Sequence record: SRR22947725_2610 | Strand: one strand, 5' to 3' | DNA length: 58,079 nucleotides | Part shown: piece by piece, positions 1 through 9,458 of the stretch | Layout: every line of letters begins with the position of its first letter | Numbering within the stretch: position 1 is the first letter of the stretch | Made by a program: the position numbers and the translations under genes | The notes under the pieces: generated by a model | The model's database searches: none | Seen by the model: the letters and a program-made list of their open reading frames with translations, nothing else | Told to the model about the DNA's origin: nothing

Positions 1-117
1 ATCTTCTCTTTTTTTAAATACCCAAATACAGACACTGTCTTTACTGTGATAGATAGCCTTGAGTTCATCATCAATCTCACAAATTTCTTGAGGTATTTCT
101 GTTTGGATACAATACAT
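1..117 (-). CDS. hypothetical protein, 5' part (runs off window start)
   Basis: AAGGAG RBS then ATG at 117; open frame MYCIQTEIPQEICEIDDELKAIYHSKDSVCIWVFKKRED to position 1. Confidence 0.6.
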   Translation of the reverse strand, partial: MYCIQTEIPQEICEIDDELKAIYHSKDSVCIWVFKKRED

Positions 118-223
118 TTTGACTCCTTATAATTTGGCTTTAGTATACAGAAGGCTTAAATTTTCATTTGTACTTAAACGAGAGTATAAAATGTATTTTT
201 ATGATTGACTGAGAGACCAAAAA

Positions 224-847
224 ATGCCATACAAAAACCGATCTGCAACTGATTATGAGATTTCAATCCATCCATACAAGAATGATTTGTCAGGCGTTGC
301 TAATTATCTTGATAGGCTCAAATTTCAACTATTGACACAAATAGAGCCATTTAAAAATAATCATATATGGACAGCACTCTCACTTCATGGTTTTGGCCCA
401 AATCCTTCTGATATATTTAAGCCAGGATTTGTTAATAACAATATTAAGATTGATTCAAATTTGCAATGGACCACTTTATGTAATGATCCAGTTATGAGGC
501 CAATCTGTGAGATAATTTTTAAGTTGCCATGTGAATTTGAGAGAATTCGATTCATGAAGCTTGCTGCTGGTAAATCTCTTCGAAAACATACTGATAATAT
601 TGATGTAGATATTGAAAAGAAAAAGATTGTCAGGCTTCATGTTCCGATAAGAACAAATGACCAAGTAGTTTTTACTATTTATGAAAATGATGCTGATGAG
701 GTCGGCAAAGAGCTAAATTTAACTACTGGTCGTTACTACTACCTTGATGTGACTAAGCCTCATGCAGTAATCAATAATAGTGATATTGATAGATATCATT
801 TAGTTATTGATTGTCTTGTTAATAACGAATTGAATGCTATCCTTTAA
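224..847 (+). CDS. aspartyl/asparaginyl beta-hydroxylase domain (Fe/2OG oxygenase) protein
   Basis: RFMKLAAG..LRKHTD (HxD), RLHVPI, HAVIN..DRYHLVID pattern. Confidence 0.75.
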   Translation: MPYKNRSATDYEISIHPYKNDLSGVANYLDRLKFQLLTQIEPFKNNHIWTALSLHGFGPNPSDIFKPGFVNNNIKIDSNLQWTTLCNDPVMRPICEIIFKLPCEFERIRFMKLAAGKSLRKHTDNIDVDIEKKKIVRLHVPIRTNDQVVFTIYENDADEVGKELNLTTGRYYYLDVTKPHAVINNSDIDRYHLVIDCLVNNELNAIL

Positions 848-1284
848 CTTTCTGGAATAAATGGTCTGATTGATTTTTGAACATAAGCTGAAGGGAGGTT
901 TGCACTTTTAATACCATGGTTGATTCTTTCAATATACTCAGCTTGTGGTTGACCATTCTCATTATCAGTTGCAACATAAACGAGGCAATCAATATCGCCA
1001 TTTAGAGTTGAAACACTCATAATAAACTTTTCATACAATCCTTCTGCTACACTCTCATAGATGTCTAATAATTCGATATCTTTATCACTCAATTTAAATA
1101 TTTCTCCCAAGACAAAATCATTTAGATTTTGCCTTATACTGGCATATCCTCGAGTATTGATGAACCAAGAATAGTCTGAGAGTCTTCCAGAAGTCAGGTA
1201 GCTTGACTCAGGGCAGCGAACAAACATTTGATCTTTCGATAAATTAGATCCATAACCAAAATAGTAGTTTGTTACGGAAGGCAT
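844..1284 (-). CDS. gamma-glutamylcyclotransferase family protein
   Basis: N-terminal YFGYGSNL and LDIYE motifs. Confidence 0.85.
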   Translation of the reverse strand: MPSVTNYYFGYGSNLSKDQMFVRCPESSYLTSGRLSDYSWFINTRGYASIRQNLNDFVLGEIFKLSDKDIELLDIYESVAEGLYEKFIMSVSTLNGDIDCLVYVATDNENGQPQAEYIERINHGIKSANLPSAYVQKSIRPFIPES

Positions 1285-1292
1285 ATTTTTAA

Positions 1293-1460
1293 TTAAAAGT
1301 TGGGAATAGAGTCAACACCTTTTTTAATAAGGTTTTGAATGTACTCAGCTTTTTGTTTGTAGAAGTTTGACTGTTGAATGTTGTCATTAAAGTCAGACTC
1401 ATATTGTAAGTCACGCAGTCTTTTAAGCTCTGTATGGCAGTCAATGAGCCTGTCATCCAT
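1293..1460 (-). CDS. small hypothetical protein (55 aa), not in ORF track
   Basis: MDDRLIDCHTELKRLRDLQYESDFNDNIQQSNFYKQKAEYIQNLIKKGVDSIPNF; start overlaps upstream stop (ATGGATGA) and the ORF fills the gap between two minus-strand genes. Confidence 0.65.
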   Translation of the reverse strand: MDDRLIDCHTELKRLRDLQYESDFNDNIQQSNFYKQKAEYIQNLIKKGVDSIPNF

Positions 1461-1842
1461 TCAAATCACCAACTACATCACCATTTTTAAAGACATATTC
1501 AGCAGTTTTTACTCCATTCTCATAGAATATAGATGCGCCATTCAAAACCCCATTTTTATATTCTTGCTCAGACTCAAGTTGACCATTCTCATTCCATGCC
1601 CTTTGTATACCCTCAGGCTTATCATTTTTATAAAAGCCTTCAGAGGCTTTGGTGCCATTGTCATACCAGTAGGTCAGTGATCCCTCCAGTTTGTTTTTGA
1701 GATAAGAGCCTTCAGAGGCCTTTTGACCATTGGCATACCAATACGTTTCAATACCATTTTTAAGACCATTGTCATAGTTTGTTTGAAGCGTCATTCCATT
1801 TTCAAGTAGTTCGGTATTGAGACCATTTTTATTTTTTTTCAT
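1453..1842 (-). CDS. MORN-variant repeat protein (YwqK antitoxin-like family)
   Basis: tandem YWYxNGxKASEGxY repeats. Confidence 0.85.
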   Translation of the reverse strand: MKKNKNGLNTELLENGMTLQTNYDNGLKNGIETYWYANGQKASEGSYLKNKLEGSLTYWYDNGTKASEGFYKNDKPEGIQRAWNENGQLESEQEYKNGVLNGASIFYENGVKTAEYVFKNGDVVGDLNG

Positions 1843-1884
1843 AGACTTATTATATTAAAAAATAAAGAACTATTTCTTGCATAT

Positions 1885-2100
1885 TTATTTCCAGCCTTGT
1901 TGCCACTTATTTGAGTCTTTTAATTCATTCCAGTCTATTGATTCATTATTCTTTGAAATGATTGCCTCAATTAAACAATCGCTGATTAACTCATTATCAT
2001 CATATTTAAGTTCAGAAATCAAAAAATGTTTTTCATTGTTAGTTGGTAATACTTTAGTCCACTTACTATTTAATAATTTTTTTGGATTAATTTGATTCAT
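1885..2100 (-). CDS. TIGR02450-type Trp-rich small protein
   Basis: INPKKLLNSKWT...EKHFL...IDWNELKDSNKWQQGWK signature. Confidence 0.85.
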   Translation of the reverse strand: MNQINPKKLLNSKWTKVLPTNNEKHFLISELKYDDNELISDCLIEAIISKNNESIDWNELKDSNKWQQGWK

Positions 2101-2268
2101 TGACTTATCTATCTTATGGTTTATCTAATTAATTATTTCATATTCAGTTAAATATTGGCTGAATTAAAAGTTATTAATCAATCTCCACTCAATATTCATT
2201 AATTCTTCATAGTCCATAGATGTCTTCTCTCTAAACTCCTCAATTGAAGTTGAACTACAAATAATAAC

Positions 2269-2457
2269 ATGAGAAAAAAAATAGGGGTAATTGCGCTTTC
2301 ATTGGCTGCATTAGCAGTGGTTTGGCTTCTACTTGGTATGGCTAATATTATCCCATTTTTAATAGAGTTACCTCAAGAAACAAGCACGCGTGCACACGCA
2401 TCATTGGCTGTGATACTTCTATTGATTGGATCTTGGGCTTTTTGGAATGAAGATTAA
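2269..2457 (+). CDS. small two-helix membrane protein
   Basis: 62 aa, two hydrophobic segments. Confidence 0.65.
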   Translation: MRKKIGVIALSLAALAVVWLLLGMANIIPFLIELPQETSTRAHASLAVILLLIGSWAFWNED

Positions 2458-2477
2458 ATTTTAATAAGGATGTAATT

Positions 2478-2654
2478 ATGATTAAAACGTCAGATATATG
2501 TATTTTAATTTCAGTTGGGGTTGCTTTTGTAACGACAGCTTATCTGTGGTTTCAAGGGGTTGATACAAAACAAGAGGCTTTGTTTACTTCCACCTGGATC
2601 CCATCAATTCTAACATTTGCTATATATTTCAAGATAATATCGAGGAAGGAATAA
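2478..2654 (+). CDS. small two-helix membrane protein (58 aa), not in ORF track
   Basis: AAGGA RBS; MIKTSDICILISVGVAFVTTAYLWFQGVDTKQEALFTSTWIPSILTFAIYFKIISRKE. Confidence 0.65.
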   Translation: MIKTSDICILISVGVAFVTTAYLWFQGVDTKQEALFTSTWIPSILTFAIYFKIISRKE

Positions 2655-2656
2655 CT

Positions 2657-2764
2657 ATGGATGATTCATTAATATTTATTACGGGTATGTTTTGTTTTGT
2701 TATGGCAATTATTGGAGCTGTTTTGACTGTCCGTGAGTTTAAAAATATAGAAAATCAAAAATAG
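2657..2764 (+). CDS. small single-helix membrane protein (35 aa), not in ORF track
   Basis: AAGGA RBS inside previous gene end; MDDSLIFITGMFCFVMAIIGAVLTVREFKNIENQK. Confidence 0.6.
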   Translation: MDDSLIFITGMFCFVMAIIGAVLTVREFKNIENQK

Positions 2765-2781
2765 CTTTGTAGAATCAAAGT

Positions 2782-2816
2782 CCTAATATCTATTGAGTTT
2801 TTTACTAGATATTGGG
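2782..2816. terminator. hairpin between convergent genes
   Basis: CCTAATATCTA / TAGATATTGGG inverted repeat; no clear U-tract. Confidence 0.4.
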
Positions 2817-2845
2817 TCTGTGTGGAACTGTAAGTATGATGTAAA

Positions 2846-3274
2846 TTAATCGTCCAATAAAAATGTTGGCATTTTGTAATAGATGTCAAGGTCTTCAGTG
2901 CTTTGTTCAGTTTCTTCATTTTTTTGTTCTATGCATTTCACTGAGGTCACCATTACGTTTTTAGATTCGGCTTGAAGCTTTGTTTTAGGCGGTGAAATAA
3001 TTCCTTCAACTGTGGTTACTGGCCTCCCGTTTTTGTCATAGAGTGCGCACCTTACATTTGTAGTTGTTTTGCTTTTAATTGATATGTAAGTTGCATCATT
3101 TGATTTTAATCTCTGAAAATCAACGCTTTCAACGACAATTTTGTTAGACTCACCATCAATTGTACTCATCATATTGAGTTCATCTGCAAAAGCTATTTGA
3201 GCTGAAATTAAAGAAATTAAAAAAAATATCTTTCTTGGAATTCTAAAGTTGAATGTTTTGTTAGCTTGATTCAT
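2846..3274 (-). CDS. exported hypothetical protein
   Basis: signal peptide ending AFA, two Cys. Confidence 0.6.
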   Translation of the reverse strand: MNQANKTFNFRIPRKIFFLISLISAQIAFADELNMMSTIDGESNKIVVESVDFQRLKSNDATYISIKSKTTTNVRCALYDKNGRPVTTVEGIISPPKTKLQAESKNVMVTSVKCIEQKNEETEQSTEDLDIYYKMPTFLLDD

Positions 3275-4187
3275 ATAGCTCTTTCATGGCATTTAATCCA
3301 ACGCTTATTGTATCCCCAATTGCTTTGTCATAATCGATAACAGCGGCGCTCGTTGTTGGCCCGCTTATGACAGTGCAAATTGTTCCAGCTCGGTATCCCA
3401 TCTGAGCGCATAAGTGAAAAAATAGGCTTGACTCCATCTCCATATTAAGAACTCTTAATCCATCAATATCAATCTTTGAAAGACTTCCCTTGATGTCTGG
3501 AAATGTATTTTTTAAGCCTTCAATATATCTTGAGGATGGGCCATAAAATCCTGGAGAGGATGAAGTAATACCAATTTCATATTCAATACCCTGTTTTAAT
3601 GCCTGCTTTTCTAAGGCGTTAGTGACTTCAATGGATGCTTTCGAAGCATAAGGGATCAGTTTTCCTTTGAATCTTGATGAGCTAGGGATTGACTTATTCA
3701 ATATTTTTTTAGCAGATTCTTCAATTCTTTCAATCACAGGGTCATTTGATGGTTCTTCAAAATAGATGCCAGTATTGTCAAGGCCAAGCGCATAAGAGCC
3801 AATGGCTTGTGAACCAGGAGTGATATTTGACTGAACCCCGCCCGATGTTCCAAGCCTTATCAATGTCATTGGCTCACAGTTAGTATTTCTTGTTTTGCTC
3901 TCAAAATTGAATTCGTGCTCAATAAAGGCCTCTACTAAAGCAATTTCAACGTTATCTGTGCCAATTCCTGTTCCAATGACAGATACTGGTATGCCCTTAT
4001 ATGTGCCTGTAAATGTTAGGTACTCTCTATTTGAAATTTCACGGTCAACAGTGTCAAATTCTTTAGATACGCGTATGGCTCTTGCGGGATCTCCAACAAT
4101 AAAAATGTTTTGAGCAAGATCTCCTTTTTTTATCCCCAAGTGATAAAGGCGTTCATCAATAATGACAATTTCTGACTTATCAAACAT
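3261..4187 (-). CDS. udp: uridine phosphorylase / nucleoside phosphorylase
   Basis: YHL, VGDPARA, NREY, TGIG, RLGTSGG, NMEMES motifs. Confidence 0.85.
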   Translation of the reverse strand: MFDKSEIVIIDERLYHLGIKKGDLAQNIFIVGDPARAIRVSKEFDTVDREISNREYLTFTGTYKGIPVSVIGTGIGTDNVEIALVEAFIEHEFNFESKTRNTNCEPMTLIRLGTSGGVQSNITPGSQAIGSYALGLDNTGIYFEEPSNDPVIERIEESAKKILNKSIPSSSRFKGKLIPYASKASIEVTNALEKQALKQGIEYEIGITSSSPGFYGPSSRYIEGLKNTFPDIKGSLSKIDIDGLRVLNMEMESSLFFHLCAQMGYRAGTICTVISGPTTSAAVIDYDKAIGDTISVGLNAMKELYESS

Positions 4188-4346
4188 TCACTTAAACTTC
4201 ATCTTTTGTAAAATATTAATCAATATTATATACATCCAAAAGTTATAATTTTTCTACTAAAGCACAATACATTAAAAAGGGGTGAGTGCCATATGTCTAC
4301 CAGACGATTACAATCCAATTTAAAGAGCTCGAAGCGTATTTAAATT

Positions 4347-7300
4347 ATGAATGCTTTCTTAAATTTTCTTGTTCGACAAAAAAAGTTGGCTCTCCTGTTT
4401 ACTTTATCAATTGTCATACTTGGATTTATGACACTACAAAAAATACAGCGTGACACTTATCCTGTCATAGAATTTGACCGACTATCAATCAATACCTCAT
4501 ATCCGAGCGCCTCTCCAAGAGATGTTGAGAAGAATATTACTAATGTTATTGAGAGCAAAATAAAAGGAATTTATGGAATTAAAGAGTTAACCTCAACCTC
4601 CTCAGAGGGTTCATCTCGTATCAATATAGAAATTGATGAAGAGGTGGATGATATTCAGGAGGTAAAGGATAGTATTTCTGAGGCGGTCAATGAAATCGAA
4701 GACTTGCCTGAGGATGCAAATGATCCAAGAGTGGTTGACAGAACCAGTACGGAGTGGCCAATTCTTACAATCGTTATTGGTGGCGACAGTATCAATGTTG
4801 AGACCGCCAAAGCCATTGCAAACAATATCGAGAAAAATCTATCTTTGATTGATGGCGTTTCAAGTGTGAATGTAAGCGGGGATTCAGAAAGAGAAGTTCA
4901 AATCAGAATTAATCCAGATAAGCTCTTACAGTATCAGCTCTCTTTTGATCAAGTTAGAAGTGTCATCGCAGATCAAAATGTTCGCTCTGCTATTGGTGAT
5001 AATAATCAAGGAAGGAATCAAAAAAATATAGTTATTATCTCTGAATATGAAACCATGGAGTCATTAGAGAATGTTGTTGTAAAGTCTAGTTTTGATGGGC
5101 CAACTATTTTATTAAAAGACATTGCAACCATCGATGAGGGTGAAATCGGTTTCAACACAGTTACTCGTATTAATGGAACCAAGGGCTACATACTTAAAGT
5201 TACAAAAACAGAAAAAGCAGACGTTATTAGAACGATTGAAAAAGTAAGGGCGACTTTAGATACCCTTAAAGAGTCTTATCCTTCAAACCTCAATTTGATT
5301 GTTACCGATGACAGATCAAAGCCGGTATCCAATCGATTAAACATTGTAATGAATAATGCTCTAGTGGGACTGGCTCTAATTATGGTAGTTTTGGGGCTAT
5401 TTTTGTCTTTAAAAACTGCATTCTGGGTTGCTGTGAGCATCCCTGTGACGCTGTTAGGAACTGTAGCTTTTTTGGGCTTCGCAGGTGAAACAATTAACTT
5501 GATTTCAACGATTGGAATGGTTTTAGTGTTAGGACTGGTTGTGGATGACAGCATCATCATAGCCGAGAGTATTCACCACTTCAAAGAGAAGGGTGGTGAC
5601 GTCTATCAAAATATCGTTGATGGTCTTAAAAGAGTCATTATGCCTGTCATTACAACTATTTTAACTACAGTCCTTGCCATATCAACCGTTCTACTAGTAA
5701 GTGGTACGACAGGAAAATTTATATACATATTGCCCATTACTGTTATCTGTGCACTAACGTTTTCATTACTTGAGGTAAGCATCGCCTTACCGGCTCATAT
5801 GTCTGGTAGTGAGGCTAAAAAACAAAAAACATGGTTTAAACCCGTCGAAAGGTGGTTTGAAAAAGCATTATTAGTCATCCTTAGGTGGCGCTTTATCATT
5901 TTGAGCCTGTTTATTGCTCTTCTTGCTTTTAGTGCTTATATAGGAACAAAAGAAATTTCTTATATCCAGTGGCCATCGAGCGGAACCAATTCAATAAATA
6001 TCAGAGTGCAGACTCCTCTTGGGACTCCAGTTGAGACTACAGAGCAGTCCATCATCAAAATTGATGAGATTATTATGGATAAGGTTGGCTCAAATCTAGA
6101 CTTTTTTACAAGCACAATTGGATCAAGAGGATCTAATCGAGCGGCTATTGCAATTACGTTGATTCCAGCTAATGACCGTGAAGCCACTGCCAAAGATATT
6201 ATAGAAATTCTAAAGGCAGAAACAGAAGATATTGAAGGCGTTTCGAGGATTAACTTTAGGACAAATAGGGGTGGCCCTAGAGGGGCGCTTGATATTGAGC
6301 TCAGTTTAATTGGAAGCAATGACGAGCAGCGACAAGCAGCTGTCGATCAGCTTGAAATTATTCTTAATAGCTTCGAGGGTGTAAGCGACATTGATCGTGA
6401 TGATGATTTAAGCAAAAATCGAATTGAAGTTTTGTTAGATTATGAGTCAATGGCAAGATTAGGTATTCAATATCAGCAGGTTTATAGTCACTTAAGGACG
6501 ATCTATTCTGGCATGGATGTTTCTGATGTTGAGTTTAATAATGCTAGCTTAAACGTGAAAATGTATCTTGGTGATAGTAATTATTCTGATGATTATATTA
6601 CGAAAACCTCGATCAGAAATAATCAAGGAAGAATGATTCCAATGTCTCAATTTGCAAATGTTATTGAGACTCCGGGTGATCCAAACTATAAGCATTTGAA
6701 TGGTGAGCGAGTTGTTAAAGTAAGCGCTGCGGTTGAAGATTCAGTAACTACCGCACAATCTGTCTCAAAAAGAGCACTTGATGAGCTCGATTTGATAAAC
6801 AATTTTCCTGAAGTTCGTGTCATAGAAGGTGGAAGTTCCTTAGAAGCAAAAGAAGCCTTGAGTGATTTTTCTTTGGCGCTTGGTTTTGCTGTATTTGGGA
6901 TATATATGCTTATATCGCTTCTTTTTAATTCATACTCTCAGCCATTATTAGTTATCCTTAGCATTCCTTTTGCATTAATTGGTGTTGTTTGGGCTTTTTT
7001 CTTTCATTCTGAGACATTTAGCTTTTTCGTTTTGCTAGGCGTCTTGGCATTAGTTGGCGTTGTTGTAAATGACTCGTTAGTGATGATAAGCCATCTAAAT
7101 TTCATTAAGAAAAATAAAGATATGGATGGTTCATCAATCGAGTGGATTGCAAAGGGAGCAAAAGACCGCCTAAGGGCGGTAATATTAACGACCCTTACAA
7201 CGCTTGCAGGTGTTCTGCCTCTGATTTATGGCTTTGGAGGTAAAGATGCATTTTTACAACCAATGGTTATGGCTCTTGGCTATGGGTTATTATTTGGAAC

Positions 7301-7391
7301 TTTTGTGACTTTAATACTGCTTCCTTGTTTGTATTCAATTAATCTTGATGTCTCCAACTGGTTTTCGAGGTTAAAGACCAGGTTTCTTTAA
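4347..7391 (+). CDS. RND transporter permease (AcrB/AcrD/AcrF family)
   Basis: 1014 aa, two large periplasmic loops, GLVVDDSIIIAE and RLRAVILTT motifs. Confidence 0.92.
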   Translation: MNAFLNFLVRQKKLALLFTLSIVILGFMTLQKIQRDTYPVIEFDRLSINTSYPSASPRDVEKNITNVIESKIKGIYGIKELTSTSSEGSSRINIEIDEEVDDIQEVKDSISEAVNEIEDLPEDANDPRVVDRTSTEWPILTIVIGGDSINVETAKAIANNIEKNLSLIDGVSSVNVSGDSEREVQIRINPDKLLQYQLSFDQVRSVIADQNVRSAIGDNNQGRNQKNIVIISEYETMESLENVVVKSSFDGPTILLKDIATIDEGEIGFNTVTRINGTKGYILKVTKTEKADVIRTIEKVRATLDTLKESYPSNLNLIVTDDRSKPVSNRLNIVMNNALVGLALIMVVLGLFLSLKTAFWVAVSIPVTLLGTVAFLGFAGETINLISTIGMVLVLGLVVDDSIIIAESIHHFKEKGGDVYQNIVDGLKRVIMPVITTILTTVLAISTVLLVSGTTGKFIYILPITVICALTFSLLEVSIALPAHMSGSEAKKQKTWFKPVERWFEKALLVILRWRFIILSLFIALLAFSAYIGTKEISYIQWPSSGTNSINIRVQTPLGTPVETTEQSIIKIDEIIMDKVGSNLDFFTSTIGSRGSNRAAIAITLIPANDREATAKDIIEILKAETEDIEGVSRINFRTNRGGPRGALDIELSLIGSNDEQRQAAVDQLEIILNSFEGVSDIDRDDDLSKNRIEVLLDYESMARLGIQYQQVYSHLRTIYSGMDVSDVEFNNASLNVKMYLGDSNYSDDYITKTSIRNNQGRMIPMSQFANVIETPGDPNYKHLNGERVVKVSAAVEDSVTTAQSVSKRALDELDLINNFPEVRVIEGGSSLEAKEALSDFSLALGFAVFGIYMLISLLFNSYSQPLLVILSIPFALIGVVWAFFFHSETFSFFVLLGVLALVGVVVNDSLVMISHLNFIKKNKDMDGSSIEWIAKGAKDRLRAVILTTLTTLAGVLPLIYGFGGKDAFLQPMVMALGYGLLFGTFVTLILLPCLYSINLDVSNWFSRLKTRFL

Positions 7392-7393
7392 AT

Positions 7394-7579
7394 TTACTCT
7401 CCAAAAAAGTCATTTTTTCTGCCATCTGTAAAGTCTCTAGACAAGAACTTTGTTAGCCCAATAATTGACCACCAAAATGCGCCGTACAATATCACTTTAA
7501 GGCATAGCAAAATGTCCTTATAAATGAATCCTATAGCTATAAGCGTTAGAATAAATAGCGTTATGAGAAGCTTATTCAT
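7394..7579 (-). CDS. small membrane protein
   Basis: 61 aa hydrophobic ORF in an otherwise empty interval. Confidence 0.5.
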   Translation of the reverse strand: MNKLLITLFILTLIAIGFIYKDILLCLKVILYGAFWWSIIGLTKFLSRDFTDGRKNDFFGE

Positions 7580-7767
7580 TATCTAATTATATTTAAGTTA
7601 TCTTGAAAGTTTGTCAAACTTATATTCTAATTATTGTCTTAAAAATCAAAAATATTATGAGCAATCTTTTTTTAAAGCTCAGTAAAAAGGTCTACAATAA
7701 TTTATTCAAATTTGAAAGAGTTTGAATAAATTTATTAATTACATACTAAACAAAAGGAGGGGTAGCG

Positions 7768-9405
7768 ATGAAGTTATTTAAGAGATTTCATTCTATTAGA
7801 TTAAGTAAAGTAAGATCAATGCCTTTAGTAATTGGTCTGAGCTGTTTTTTAACATTAGGCCTGTCTTCACAGCCTGTATTTGCTGATGGTCATAAATCAT
7901 TTGAAATAACCATTCTTCATACAAATGACTTTCATGCTAGATTTAGACCAATAAGCAAGTATGACAATAACTGTTCTGCAGAAAATAATGCTGAAGGTAA
8001 ATGCTTTGGAGGTTCTGCTCGCTTAATTTCAGCGATTGAAGATGCACGCTCTAGACACAAGAATACAATCTTGCTGGATGGCGGTGATCAGTTCCAGGGA
8101 ACCCTTTTCTACACCATGTATAAAGGGAAAGTAGCAGCAGAAATGATGAATAAGATGCAATATGATGGTATGGCAGTTGGTAATCATGAGTTTGATGATG
8201 GGCCAGTAACATTAAGGGCTTTTATGGATACTGTGAACTTTCCAGTATTGATGGCGAATGCTAATGTAGATCTCGAGCCTGAGCTCAAAGACAAATTACA
8301 AAAATCAACCATTATTGTTAAAGATAACCGAAAGATTGGACTTATTGGTGTCGTGACTGAGGATGTAGTTGATATTTCTAGTCCTGGTGATAACATTATC
8401 TTTACTGACGCTATTACTGCAGTTCAGGCTGAAGTCGATGCGCTAACTCAGCAAGGCGTTAATATCATTATCCTTTTATCTCACTCTTCATATGCAATTG
8501 ATAAGGAGATTGCAGCTAATACAACGGGTGTTGATGTGATTGTAGGTGGCCATGATAATACTTACTTGTCTAATGTTAGTGACAGGGCAAAGGGTCCTTA
8601 TCCAACCGTTGTAAATGATACTCAGATTATCCAAGCTTATGCGTATGGAAAGTTTCTTGGCGAGCTTTCAGTTGTCTTTGATGACAAAGGAGAGGTTGTA
8701 TCTGCAACTGGTGAGCCAATCACAATTGATAAATTAATTAGTGAAAATAGTGACGTTGTCGCTCGCCTGGATGAGCTTGAAGTGCCAATTAACGAACTCA
8801 AAGAAAGAGAGGTCGGTAGTGTCTCTAGTGAGTTAAATGGAAACAGGGCAGTTTGTAGAGTCCAGGAGTGTGATATGGGTAATATGATCGCTGACGCAAT
8901 GAGGCATGCTGTAATGGAAAAAGGCTATACAATAGCACTTATGAATTCAGGTGGCATTAGAGCTTCGCTTGATTCTGGCAAAGTCACTCTTGGAGAGGTT
9001 ATGACGATTTTGCCCTTCCAGAATACTTTGGCAACCTTTAAGGTTACAGGGAAACAGCTGCTAACTGCTATTGAGAATGGTGTTAGTGAGGTTGAGGATG
9101 TTGCTGGAAGATTCCCTCAAGTCTCAGGAATGCGCTTTACTTTTGATGCAAGTAGACCTGCTGGAGATCGGGTAACTTCAATTGAGACTCAGGATGAGTA
9201 TGGCTGGAGCAACTTAAATCTTTATGGAACCTACGGTATGGTATCAAACAACTTTATCCGGGGTGGTGGCGATGGATACAAGGTATTCCGCTCTGCTTCT
9301 GATATTTATGACTTTGGTCCTGACTTAGCAGACGTGGTTGCTGATTATATTGATGCAAACCCTGGTTATTCTGGTTATACCGATGGTCGAATTAATCAAG
9401 AGTAG
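7768..9405 (+). CDS. ushA: periplasmic 5'-nucleotidase / UDP-sugar hydrolase
   Basis: HTNDFH, LDGGDQFQG, GNHEFD, GGHDN, NSGGIRA motifs; signal peptide; strong RBS. Confidence 0.9.
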   Translation: MKLFKRFHSIRLSKVRSMPLVIGLSCFLTLGLSSQPVFADGHKSFEITILHTNDFHARFRPISKYDNNCSAENNAEGKCFGGSARLISAIEDARSRHKNTILLDGGDQFQGTLFYTMYKGKVAAEMMNKMQYDGMAVGNHEFDDGPVTLRAFMDTVNFPVLMANANVDLEPELKDKLQKSTIIVKDNRKIGLIGVVTEDVVDISSPGDNIIFTDAITAVQAEVDALTQQGVNIIILLSHSSYAIDKEIAANTTGVDVIVGGHDNTYLSNVSDRAKGPYPTVVNDTQIIQAYAYGKFLGELSVVFDDKGEVVSATGEPITIDKLISENSDVVARLDELEVPINELKEREVGSVSSELNGNRAVCRVQECDMGNMIADAMRHAVMEKGYTIALMNSGGIRASLDSGKVTLGEVMTILPFQNTLATFKVTGKQLLTAIENGVSEVEDVAGRFPQVSGMRFTFDASRPAGDRVTSIETQDEYGWSNLNLYGTYGMVSNNFIRGGGDGYKVFRSASDIYDFGPDLADVVADYIDANPGYSGYTDGRINQE

Positions 9406-9427
9406 TTAAAAATCAATTAACTAGATT

Positions 9428-9458
9428 AAAAGGGCCAACACCATGTTGGTCCTTTTTT
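9428..9458. terminator. bidirectional intrinsic terminator
   Basis: AAA-AGGGCCAACA-cca-TGTTGGTCCT-TTTTT between convergent genes. Confidence 0.8.

Noticed and set aside
1378-1680. 100-aa plus-strand ORF
   Set aside because: Antisense shadow of the MORN gene and the 55-aa ORF; no motif.
2164-2268. Minus-strand open stretch (..IEEFREKTSMDYEELMNIEWRLINNF) as a gene remnant
   Set aside because: Too short, no well-placed start, no recognisable homology.
5276-6319. Antisense ORFs inside the RND gene, and similar nested ORFs throughout the track
   Set aside because: Fully nested in well-supported genes; typical of codon-bias shadows.
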